A DNA stretch of 64,000 nt, taken from the NCBI GenBank assembly GCA_965178125.1, contig OZ237735.1, forward strand, positions 62,001-126,000, given 5' to 3'. The translations under genes and the position numbers were made by a program. Positions 49,204 to 60,441 of this stretch are shown here, in pieces. Under the pieces are notes generated by a model, which saw only the letters and a list, made by a program, of their open reading frames with translations, had not been told where the DNA came from and searched no databases. How positions within the stretch are numbered: position 1 is the stretch's first letter; every line of letters begins with the position of its first letter. Source of the DNA: Bilabrum cf. latius (lineage: Eukaryota).

Positions 49204-49971
49204 ATGGCGTCGGCATCTGGAAGTAGCGCACGGAAAGCATTCAATGTTCTTATCACGGGAGCAAGCTCTGGAGTCGGGTCCGCTGTTGCGCGCTCGCTTG
49301 CCAAGGAGTTGTAGTCTCGTGGTGCACATCTGCTGCTAACGGGGCGGCGAAAGAAGGCTCTAGAGGAGGTAGCTGAGAGCGTAAAGGAGATATCCGGGGG
49401 CAATGTTGCAACTACTGTTGTTTCTGCCGACGTCAGTGTCGCAGAAGAGGTAGAAAGCGTCTGCGCTGCTCTCGAATCGTGTGACGTGGCCGTGCTGAAC
49501 GCTGGCTTGAATAGGACAGGACAGGTCGAGGATACGACCGTGGATGACTTTGACAGCGTCATTAACACGAACGTCAAGGGCGTGTATCTTTTCTTGAGAG
49601 AGCTTCTCGGTCCGATGAAGAAACAAGGCAGCGGGCAGGTGGTCGTCACCTCGAGCGTCCTTGGCGTTCGAGGGGCAGCAAAAGCCTCGCTTTACTGTGC
49701 GAGCAAGCATGCATTGGAGGGAATGGTGGATGCGGTGCGTCTGGAGCTCAAAGGCACCGGGGTGAAGATCGGCTCGGTGCGACCAGGCGCCATTGCGACC
49801 CCTTGGTGGACGGACCCCACCCGCGGCGGCAGGCCCAAGGAGGCCCCCACCCCGGACACGGAGAGGATGCTCACTCCAGAGGCAGTGGCGGATGCGATCG
49901 TCATGATGGCGCTGCAGGCCCCTTCATCAGACCTGCGCACTCTCGAGCTTGAACCTACCGGCCGAAGCTGA
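49204..49971 (+). CDS. Short-chain dehydrogenase/reductase, 255 aa, 1 internal TAG
   Basis: The Rossmann motif ITGASSGVG lies upstream of TAG 49312. LNAG and YCASK lie downstream in the same frame. Ends TGA. Confidence 0.92.
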
Positions 49972-50083
49972 CATCGGCTTTTGGCAATAGTATTTAGTAC
50001 GAGCCAATGATCTGCAATAATGAACAGCTACACGCAACCCCTCTTATAGCCAGTCAGGTCAGTCCGATCCACCTTGCGGGCAT

Positions 50084-52151
50084 TCACGGCCCACTGGCAC
50101 GCCCCCTCTTGCTGCCGATCGCACCACCGGTAGCATACTTCGCCCCCTTCCCAGCGCCGTCGCCCCCTTCCCCGGACTCGTCTTCATCACGCCTATGCAT
50201 GGCATGCGTATATTCCCTTCCGTAGTCAGCCCGTCTCACCGTGTCCCTCCTCCTTCGCTTGCGTCTTACGAACGCGTCTTCGTCGTAGGATAGCTCGACG
50301 TCTTGCTCGTCCATGCCCTCAGCAAACCACACAGAATTAACCCAGCTCTACTCCTGGTCATCTTGTGCTTGGCTGGTACTTGTTGCGTTGGTGCTTCTCG
50401 AAGTGGTCAAGGCGGTCAGCTGCATGTGCACCCCTGCAGGCGCTGCTCCGGCGATGCTTTGGCCGCTGCTGCTAGCCGGCTGCATGCGCACCCCTGCAGG
50501 CGCTGCTCCGGCGATGCTTTGGCCGCTGCTGCTAGCCGGCTGCACGTGCACCCCTGCAGGCGCTGCTCCGGCGATGCTTTGGCCGCTGCTGCTAGCCGGC
50601 TGCACGTGCACCCCTGCAGGCGCTGCTCCGGCGATGCTTTGGCCGCTGCTGCTAGCCGGCTGCATGTGCACCCCTGCAGGCGCTGCTCCGGCGATGCTTT
50701 GGCCGCTGCTGCTAGCCGGCTGCATGTGCACCCTTGCAGGCGCTGCTCCGGCGATGCTTTGGCCGCTGCTGCTAGCCGGCTGCATGCGCACCCTTGCAGG
50801 CGCTGCTCCGGCGATGCTTTGGCCGCTGCTGCTAGCCGGCTGCATGCGCACCCTTGCAGGCGCTGCTCCGACTATGCTTTGGCCGCTTCTTCCGCTTCTT
50901 CTGCAGCTGCTTCTTCTGCAGCTGCTTCTTCTTCTGCTTCTTCTTCTGCTTCTTCTTCTGCTTCTTCTGCTGCTGACAGCCACCTGCATGTGTCTGTGTC
51001 GCATGTCCGGACCTTCCACCTCGTCTTCGTCCTCATCCTCGTCCTCGTCTTCCCCACCCTCGCTTAAGGTCCAGTCATCGTCCTCAGCCTCCTGCACCTC
51101 GTCGTCCACGTCATCTACCGTCTCATCAATGCCATAGCACTCGTCGCACAGATCTTCGTCACTCGCCTGACCGGCGCCTTTCCCATCTCGGCAGGGAGCC
51201 GTGCCCGCGCGGTCCCGTAAGCCCGACGAGCCGCTCATCAGAACGGCGTAGCACTAGCCACAACGCTGCACAACCTCACTCAGCGGCTCCAGTACGCTGG
51301 ATCTTGGTGCTGAGATGTTTATGAGGAGCACGTCCCGGCTGATATTCTTCTCCTGCCTGAGGTACGCCCGCAAGCCATCCGCATCATGCCTGGTCGCAAA
51401 CCAGTGGATCCTCTTGGCGTGAGTCTCCATTCTGTCACGGACGATCCCCACCCTCGCCATTGAAGGCGACACGGTGCCCCTCCAACGCTCCAGGTCGCGC
51501 TTGACGCCAATGTCAAGGCGGGTCATGATCACCTCCACGAATGCCCGTGAATTTCCCCGAGCAAGGCGCAGCGCATCATGGATCATCTTGCGGCGGTTCG
51601 CCTCGCCGGCGGCGTGCGGCGCAGGTTCGCGAACATTCCAAGATTCCTGCATCTTCGAATAGTCGAGCAATGAAATACGATCATTGGTCTCGGCATCTAT
51701 CACGATGTGGATGTCAATTCTCGCTCCATGCGACGCCAAGATAGCGCATGTGCCTGGATATCCGTGCCGGACGGCAAGCGTCATGGGGCTGTTGCACTCC
51801 AAGTCGACATCGCCCTGCAGCGGTGATAGTTTAAGCATGGACCCAACATTGGCACTCGTAGCAGAAAGCATCTTGTGTTGTTCAACAATAGTTGCCTAGT
51901 CTGGGATGCACCAGGCAACTTGAATGGTGATCAGCACTCCGTGAGGTTCTATTCGTACGCACGTGTGCGCAGTCAGCAAGCAAGCGGATGCGTGCATTTA
52001 AATTTTAGTGCCAACTCACAGTTATTCCAATATTCATAATGGCGTTGACGTCTGCCGGGCCGGCAGCTGCTGCGATTCGCCCGCACTCCGGAAACATGCC
52101 TTGGCTTGCTGCACGTCGTAGCTGAACGCCGGCGGCTTCGTTCTGCAGCAT
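50084..52151 (-). CDS. Ankyrin-like protein with acidic, RS-rich and 20-aa repeat regions, ~620 aa, 2 internal TAG
   Basis: LRRAASQG...ADVNA is joined by intron 52019-51815 to SPMTLAVRHGYPGTCAILASHGARID. TAG 51254 and 50348 join three in-frame ORFs. Ends TGA. Confidence 0.65.
50419..50888. repeat. 60-bp minisatellite, ~7.8 near-identical copies
   Basis: Unit GCTGCAYGYGCACCCYTGCAGGCGCTGCTCCGGCGATGCTTTGGCCGCTGCTGCTAGCCG, arranged head-to-tail with no spacers. Followed by a TCT/GCT microsatellite to ~50975. Confidence 0.95.
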
Positions 52152-53393
52152 GTTTAAAGCAAGGGACTGCTGCAAATTAACCAGCATTTGAAACCATTTG
52201 TCCAATATTTTCGAATAAAGTACGCTGTTGGCAATGATGCGCCAGACCCGCTCGAGAATCGGGCCAATCCTAAGGCGGCTTTCACTCACCGCACCGCCGG
52301 CGCCAGCGCGTGCCGGCAAGGCTTGAGATTGAACCCCGATGGCTCCTGCAGCATCCGTTCTGGCGGCATCTTGTCTGCATTGGCGGGAGAAGCAGTGTGC
52401 ATTTGGGTGTCGATTGACTAGGCACTCTGCTCTACGCCGCACCGACGGGGCATGCATCGGCACTGATGATGGTATCGGACAGGCATTTTTGGGCCCCCGG
52501 TGGGTGGGAGACCACTGGCAACCTTCAAGTGCTGTAGATCTCAGGCCAGTGCAGCCCATCATTCATGTGTAAGCTGGCATTCATTCTTATTGTAGTAGTC
52601 CAGCAACTCACGAGGCCATTCTGTTGCTGCGTTAGTTGTGGTGTGGGCGGCTAGCTGTATCGGCCAAGGGGCCGTGCTGTTCAACTTGAAACTGCACACA
52701 ACATTGGCAGTATGGCCCGCATTTTAGGTTATTGGCAATTACTCACGAGTTAGTCCGGTTTTCAAGACCATTTTAGAAAAAAATATAATAACAAACACAT
52801 TAAAGGCATAAGAAACAAGCGGGATCGCCAAACAGCACCGTAGGTAAGCAGTAGCTACGCATCGCTTATTTGGTCGCAAATAGTACCAATCGCATTTAAT
52901 ATTTTTACGGATTGTTCGCGAGTGAAACCGGTTCTTCAGGTTGGACCAATATCTTAATTTTCACGCGTGACTGCAGCAGCGTCCCCAACACTATCCAAAC
53001 GGCCCTCCAAACGACCCCGTGTCCATGCTGCGACCACAGCTAGACCAACCTGGTCGCTTAAAAGAACATTCAAATCCACGCTTGACCCATGCTAATTATC
53101 AAATGCAATGACGACTTGTGCAGTTTATCTTAATTTTGTCGGGTGTCCCTTTCGACAGAAATTTGGGCTGGCTCTGTCACACTTCCCCTCCTTCTAGACC
53201 AGCTGGAATCAAGCAGTCTATGGGCCTTTAACACGCCGTAGGCTGTCCAGTTGATCCTCCAACATCTTCACGACGGCGCTGGTGGCTCAATCCTTGGTCC
53301 TACCCTCCAGCTCATCCAGACTGGTCGCGGCTGACCATCTTCTTCTCAGCTTCGGCAGCCAAAATTGTCTGGAATCGAAAGCGAGCAACACTG

Positions 53394-54839
53394 TCACTCC
53401 GCACCCTCGCCTTGATCCACCTCCTCGTCCTCGCTATCAGACAGCTCAGTAGCACCGCCTTCCCCGTCACCACTTCTATTTTGCCTATCCGTACCCGAAT
53501 CCCCATCGACAGCTTGGTCTGGACCACCGACAGCTGGCGCTGCAGCTGATCCCTTGCCGCTCGTCAAATCACCCGCCGGAGCATCCGGGACGGGGCTGCC
53601 CTGCTCCGCCTCTCCAGCAGGGGGCGGTACCACCTGAGTGCTCGCGTGCCGGGCCACCGCCCCGCTGCCGCCGCTAGTAGTCCCGCCCGCCAGAGGAGCA
53701 ACGGAAGCAGGGCCAGCAGCGTCCGAGTCTTCCGTTACTGTGCCTGTTGGCGCGGCGCGCTCTGCAGCGCCCGTGTCACCGCTCGTTTCACCGGCCGTCT
53801 CCTGTCCCGTGGCGGCCCCGGCCGCCTGCAGTGCCGCCTCCACCGCCGAGTCCTCTGGCATGCCGTCCGGGGATACGAAGTCCTCCTCCGTGGCGTACAT
53901 GATCTTGAGCACGCGCCTGGCCATGTCTGTGTCGGGCCCCGCATACCCCTGCAGCAAAAGCTCGATGTCCCTGAGCTTGCTGTAGTAGAAGTCCCTCTCC
54001 TTCACCGCCCCCTCGCACTCGGACTGCGCCTCTTTCACCTCGCCCTCGAGGACAGAGACGCGCTGGCGGAGGGCAGCGCCGCCCCCCTCCGGGCCCCGTG
54101 CTGTTCCCCGTGCCCCCGGCCCAACCCTTGCACCGGCTCCCCTCCCAGTGCCAGTGCCGCGCGTGCCTCGGGACCCCACGGTAACCCCCCCTCGGCCTGC
54201 TCCGGGAGCAGCTGCCCCCCCCGAAGTAGCTGGGGCACCCGCCCGACCCCGCGCGCCCGACCCCTGAGTGCCGGGAGCCCTGCGCGGAGCTCGGCCCCCT
54301 GTGCCTTCTCTGGCGGTTCCCCGACCCCTTCTGCTGCGGCCCGCGCCCGCCCCACGGCCCCGAGCACCTGCTCCGCTGCCCTTGCTCGCAGTACCAGTGC
54401 CAGCGCCTCCGGGGCGAAACTCAGGCATGCTAGCCGCTCCTTTCCCTGCCTACCGACGCTTCCAAGCGTTGTAGCTTGACATGTCGCCAACGTTTGCCTC
54501 AAAAAACTGCTTGGCAAACTGCATCGCTTCGAGCGAATCCTGGAATCTTGCTCGTGTCAGCTTGGTTGGATCCAAGACCTTGTCGATTCCATGCTTTGCA
54601 AAGACGTTCTAGATTATCTTGTAGTTGTTTAGCATTTCGTGCGGGGCCTTGCAGTCCCACCTCACCTTGTGCATCGGCACATCGCCATAGATGGCGTCGA
54701 GGATCTGGCAGAGCACCGCCCCTGAGGCCGTTTGCTCGACTTTGGTAAGGCTCAAATCAAACGAAGAGTTCAACCACTCTAATATAGCGACGCGACCCAC
54801 GAAAAAAGAGGAATTCATCATGCCTGCGAAGTAGGACAT
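53394..54839 (-). CDS. EB1: Microtubule end-binding protein EB1 (RP/EB family), ~481 aa, 2 internal TAG
   Basis: CH domain GRVAILEWLN...KVEQTASGAVLCQILD...NYKII[TAG 54609]NVF...RFQDSLE. EBH domain KERDFYYSKLRDIELL. Second TAG at 54450. Ends TGA. Confidence 0.95.
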
Positions 54840-55144
54840 GGCCAGCATCGCTCAAATTCTACAAGTGCACACCTTCACGGGCCTCCCCCGCAGCTATTTA
54901 CGCCAGGGAACGTATACAATCATTGCAAGACATCAATCACTCACCTACCGAAACACCTGCCATGGTAGGTGCGAAAAATATCCAACAAATAGAGCGTCAC
55001 CGTGCTTGTTTCTGCGGACCTGAAACGGCTGCGGATGCAATCGTCACATGTGCTCCTGCCGCCGTGGCGGGCGGGCCGGTGTGCGAACCAAACAACACAA
55101 AATCCCATTTCGACTGCAAAACGCATACCATAGACCTTCAAATC

Positions 55145-58100
55145 TTACCCCCTCTTGGAGCTCCCTGACCCGACCCCATGCCGCAGGGACACGCCCACGG
55201 CGTCCACGGACGGCGTCACCGAAGCGGCCTCGAGCACCTTGAACTGCCGCTGGGCCGTGTCGTACTTGAACAGAATCTTCATCGAGCCGTCCGTCAGCAC
55301 GGCCGGTCCGCTGCCCCAGATCCGGTCTGCCCGCATGCCTCCACCCTCCCCCACCTGGTTCTCATCCCCCTACCCCTACCCCTATCCCTATCCCTATCCC
55401 TATCCCTGCCCCTCCGGCACCCTCACGGCGTACAGCCCCAGCAGCGGGCCCCTCGCCTCCTGGGCGCCCTGAAAGGCGAGGAGCACGTGCCTGCTCCTCC
55501 GCTCGTCCATCGCGTCCAGCGCCGCCTCCAGCTTGCTCCTCTGGTAGGGCGCGGCCAGGAGGGCCCTCTGCAGCGCGTTCCTCACACGCTTGTGGTTCTC
55601 CTTGCACACGGACAGAGTGCGGCCCGCGCCCGCCCACCCGCCCGTGGCCCCTGCGTGCAGACTCGCGCGAGTCTCCCGCCGCGCCTCGGTTGCAACCGCC
55701 TCCAGCACGTCCGCAGACTGCGGCGAGGACTCGGCCGCGGTCAGCGCCAGCTCCTCGAGATCTCCCAGTTCCCTGCCCTCGCGCCTCCTGTCCCCCTCGC
55801 CTTGGCGTGCCCTGGTCCGGGGGCTTGGACTGCCCCTCCTCCCACTCAAGCTCTCCCCCCGCCCGTCCTCCTCATTTTCCTCGTCCTCCTCCAGCCCCAA
55901 GTCAGAGAGGCCATCCGCAAACCCCCCCTTGCCCCCGTTGCTCCCGTTGCTCCTGGCTCCACTTCCACTTCCATTTCCTCCAGCCTTCAACCCCGACTGC
56001 ACGCCCGACCGCCCCGCACCCTCCTCCCTGTCCCCCCCACTGTTCCCTGCCTCGCTGTCGTCCTCCATGAAACGGAGCCGCTGCACGCTCCTGTCCCTCC
56101 CACTCCCACTGCCCCTCCCGCTGCCCCTCCCTCTCACCCTCTCCGAGCCAGCACCTGTCTCAGTGGCACGCCCGCGGCTGCTTGGTCTGCCCCCCAGGCC
56201 AGTCTCGCTGCGACCCCCAGTCGGTGTGACCAAACTCGCCACGGTGTTCCCCCCGTCCAAGCCTCCAACGCCGCGCGATGCGGAACCGGGCCTCCGCCTT
56301 GACCTTGACCTGGACCTGGACCTTGAGGCAGACCGCCTGGCCCTGCGCCTCGTCTCGAGCGCCCGCTCGATGGACAGCAGCTGTCCCTTCGCCGCCCGTG
56401 CCCCCTTGCTCACACTGCGCTCTTCCCACGCGCGCACCCGCTTCTCGAGGTGCTCCGCCGCGCCCTCCAGCGAGACCTCCTGCCCGCTGGGCACCTCGAA
56501 TGCCACACCCCCTGCGGATCGAGCCGAGAAAGGAACGTCCTGACCACGAGCGATGCCCCGGCCCCTCGACGGGGTCACCGAGAGAACAGTGGCGGGCCCG
56601 TTCGTCCCGATCCGGCCCGCCGATGCAGGCGGGTCCCACACGGGGTGCAAGTCCTCGCCCAAGATGCCCGCCGCGCCCCCGACGGTCCGCCTGCTCCCTG
56701 GGCTGAGGCCCAGCACATCTGCGGCCCGACCCGATGCGCCGAGCATCTTGGTGGGCCTGTCTCTTGGCATGGGCGACTGCCCTCGACCTTGGCCTTGTGC
56801 CCCCAGTCCCCCGTCGGCTGCCTGGCCCTCGCTCTCGCGGTGCCTCTCCTGCGCCGCAATGTCGTGCAGGTCCCGCCTCAGCTGCTCCGGCCACGACTGA
56901 GCGGGGGGATCCAGCACCACGGTGCGGCGGTGCTGGTGCTGGTGGTGCGCGTCCCGGCTGGGCGAGCTCGGGTGGCTCGGCACTGGCACCAGGTCGGCCC
57001 CACCGTGCGGTGCACCCGCCATTTCCCCCGAGGGCATGGCCCTCCAGCTGGTCATGGTCCCGTGCCCCCGCATGGGGGTACCCTCCCTGGAGGGGAACAG
57101 GGCTGGACCATGCGGGTGCCCGCCCGAGGCCGATGCTGCGGTCGAAGAGGGCAAGGGACGGCCCACACCCGCCCCAGACCTTGCCCCAGACCCTCTTCCA
57201 GCGCCCGCGGTGGCCCTGGGCCCCCCCGCGCCCAAGGTCCCTGCACTGGCCAGCTCTTTCTCCAGCGCCGCATCCGACTCCCGGACGGCCCGCGCCGCCT
57301 GCTCCTCGTCCGTCCCTCCTCCGCTCCCGCCTCCCGCCTCGGGGTGCAGGCTCTCTCCCTTGAGAGCAGAGAGGGCGTCCTTGCTCGCCCGAGCCTCCCT
57401 CCTCGCATGGGACGCGCCGAACTCGGCCGCCTGCAGCCGGGCCTTCAGGTCCTCCCGGCTGCGGTGGTAGGCCCGCAGCCGCTTCTCCAGCTCGCCCACT
57501 CGCGCCCGCAGCTCATCCCCCTCCACCCTCCGCTGCTCCGCCAGCCGCTCCGCCTCCCCCGCCGCCTGCTGCAGCCTCGCCAGCCCACCGTCAGCGTCCT
57601 CCAGCGCTCCGTACAGCCGCCCGTTCGAGTCCCTCAGCCGCTGCACCTCCCCCTGCGTGGCCTTGAGTTGTTCTCTGGCCTCCTCCAGCTGTGCCCTGTT
57701 CCTTGATGCCTCCGCCAGCTGCACCTCCACCTTGGACCTCACGCCCTCCACGGCACGCTGCACCGCTGCAGCCACGCTGCCGCCGGAGCCTTCGCCCGTG
57801 CTGCCGGCATCGAAGGGAACCATCGCCCCCGCTGCGCTCATCACACCAGACCCACCCAGGGAGCCGCCCAGCCCGTCGCTGTCCTGGTCCGCAGACTCGC
57901 GCAGGGGAGGCAGCGACACCCCTGCCGCCGCAGCCGCAGCGTACACCTCTGCGAGCTTCGCGTCCAGCCGCCTGGCCCTATGCACGGCCCCGCCCAGCCT
58001 CTGCTCAGCGGCTGCCCGGGCCTCCTCAGCCGCCTGCACCTGCGCCCGAGCCCCCGCCAGTTGTTCCCTGGCTTCCCCCAGGGCCGCCTCTCTGGTCTCT

Positions 58101-60148
58101 CTCTCGTCCCGCAGCTGCGCAGCCTCCTGTCCCAGGTGCCCGATCGCGTCTGCCATCATCCCGCGGCTGGCCACTCTGCCCGGGGAACTGGCGCGGCTGC
58201 TCCCGCGGCTGCCATCGTACCCTCCCGCGTCCGTGGCCCGCTGAAACCTGGACATGGAGGAGGACAGCAGCTCCTGCCCCGCTGCCAGAGCCGAGCCCCT
58301 GCCCCCGCCCCCGCTCCCACCGCCCATGCCCTGCGCCCAGGTGCCTGGTCCCGGGAGCGCCAGCATCCCAGCCCCGCGTCCTCCACCAGCGGCAAACGAG
58401 GACGAGGACGAGGACCCGTACGGCCTCGCCGCCGCCGCCCCCAGGAGCCTCAGCTCCGCCCCCTTTGCTCTCTCCTCTGCCACACGCAGGGCCCTCCTGG
58501 CTTCCTCCAGCTGCCCCTGCAGCCGACCCACCTCTGACTTGAGCCGGGAGCGGCTGCTGTCACCCCGCATGGCCCGGGCCACCGCCTCGGCTTCGCCCTG
58601 TCGCGCCCTCCGCGCATCCTCCTCGGCCCGCTGCGCCCTTTTCCTGAGCTCATCCCCGGCGGACTGCTCCCTCTCCACCCTCTCCTGCGCCTGACGGGAC
58701 CGCTCCCGCAGCTGCGCCAGTTCCTGCTTGGCCAAATCAAGCGCCCGCCGCCCCCCCGCGTCCAGCTCTTTCTCCTCGTCTCCCCCTGCCCCCCACTTGC
58801 CCTTGCCCTCTCCCTAGCTCCCCTGCAGCTGGGCCTCCAGGCGACGAGCCCGGGTCCTCAGCGTCTCCGCCTCGGACCACGCGGTCCTGGCTTGTTCCCT
58901 GGCCTTATCCAGCGCCGCCCGCGCCCCATCCAGATCCCTCTGCAGCCGCCCAGCCCGCTCCTCACCCCCATCGGCAGTCTCCTCCAGCTCCCGGCGAGCC
59001 CTCCGCGCGCCATCCAGCTCGGCTCGCAGTCGTGCGCACTCGTCACCCAGCCTCCTCGCCTCCTATTCTGCCCTCTCTCGACCCCTCTTCTCCCTCTGGG
59101 CTTCAGCGCGCCACTGCTCGGCTGCACCGGAGGAGGGCGCGGCTTCGAAGGCCTGGCCCTTGGCACTGCCGTGGCTGTTGCTATTGCTGCCTGCAGGCCC
59201 ATGGCTAAAACCCGCCCCTGCCTCAGTTGCTGTCCCCGTCCCGGCCCCGACTCGTCCACTGGAGCTTGCCACCAGCGCGCCCGTGCCGCCTGCTCCCCTC
59301 GGTACCACCTCCCTCCTGCCCGGCCCCTGGATCGACGGGCCGTCCTCCTTCCGATCCGGGCCCATGGGCGGAGAGGCCGGCCGGGAGCCATGCGCTCCAC
59401 TGGTGGGTGTCCTCCCAGTGGGCAGGCTCCCCGCACCGCCGTGCGATGCACCCTGTGCCCCGCCCAGCGCCGCGATGCGTCTCGCCAGCTCCTCGTTCTG
59501 CCGCTGGAGGTCCCCGAAGGCCCTCGCCCCAAAGCTCTCTCCCAGCAGTGCCCCAGAATCATGAGATGCCGCGCTCGCCCCGGTGCGTCCCAGGACGCGG
59601 CTGGCGGCAGCGGACCGGGGCGCATCGTCCTGCTCGCGCAGGTGGCCGGCGGGCGTCTCCGAGGCGCTGTCCAGCCGGGCCCGGCGGCGGATGCTGCCTC
59701 GGTGCCACGATTGCTCGTCTGGCTCTGAACTATGCGGAACAGGGGCTGCTACTGCCCGCTGCGGCGTCCGCAGCGACACTGGGGCCTGCTCGCCTGATAC
59801 CTGGCTAGAATATCCTTGCCTGCCACTGTGGCCCTGCCATAGACCGCTCGCGGTACCTGCATCGGTCGCAGCCTGCATACCATCCATCCCTTTTCCACCG
59901 ACGTACGCAGAAAATTTCGCTGTTTCGGCTGGATTTCTGCTCCACGAGTCACTGGAGCTCGTTCGCTACCAGCCAGAAGCACGCCTGCCGGGCTCCCCTG
60001 GCACAACAATGCGATCATCCCCTCGAAATGATCTATTTTCTTCGACGGGGGACACCTCTTCGACTCGAGACTCTTCTAATGGGCCGCTCGAGCGCATGTG
60101 CCGATCCCATGGGATTGCCGAAGTTGGAAAGTCTGTAGGGAATGCCAT
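55145..60148 (-). CDS. Coiled-coil protein with C-terminal CKK domain (CAMSAP/Patronin-like), ~1667 aa, 9 internal TAG
   Basis: CKK-like ENHKRVRNALQRALLA...HVLLAF...LLGLYAV...IWGSGPAVLTDGSMKILFKYDTAQRQF...SVTPSVDAVGV. TAG at 59966, 59063, 58814 and six at 55400-55370. Ends TAA. Start uncertain. Confidence 0.8.
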
Positions 60149-60441
60149 GCTGCCCAAGAGAGGAGCGCTGGAGGTGATTAAAGTGTGTGTCTATTGATAC
60201 CAGTTGGAACCGGCAAAAAGGACACTGGCGATCCCCCAGGAGACAACACTGTTGCTGTGAGTGCCAAATTAGCGGTTTGCGGAACCGTTTGCGCGGCGCC
60301 GTGGTACTGGCTGCAGGAGCGGTGCCATCAGCGTTGTTCACCGGCGCTCCTTCCATTTCTACCACAGTGCCGCTAAGTGAATTTATCCACTGGCCTAGGT
60401 GCGGCTGTAGCTACCCGGATCATTCCACTGGCAGTTGAGAG

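Noticed and set aside
50419-50888. CRISPR array
   Set aside because: The units are contiguous near-identical 60-mers with no unique spacers, there are no cas genes, and the context is eukaryotic coding sequence.
54941-55141. In-frame extension of the CKK protein past TAA 55145
   Set aside because: The sequence looks like UTR/intergenic DNA, and CKK is normally C-terminal.
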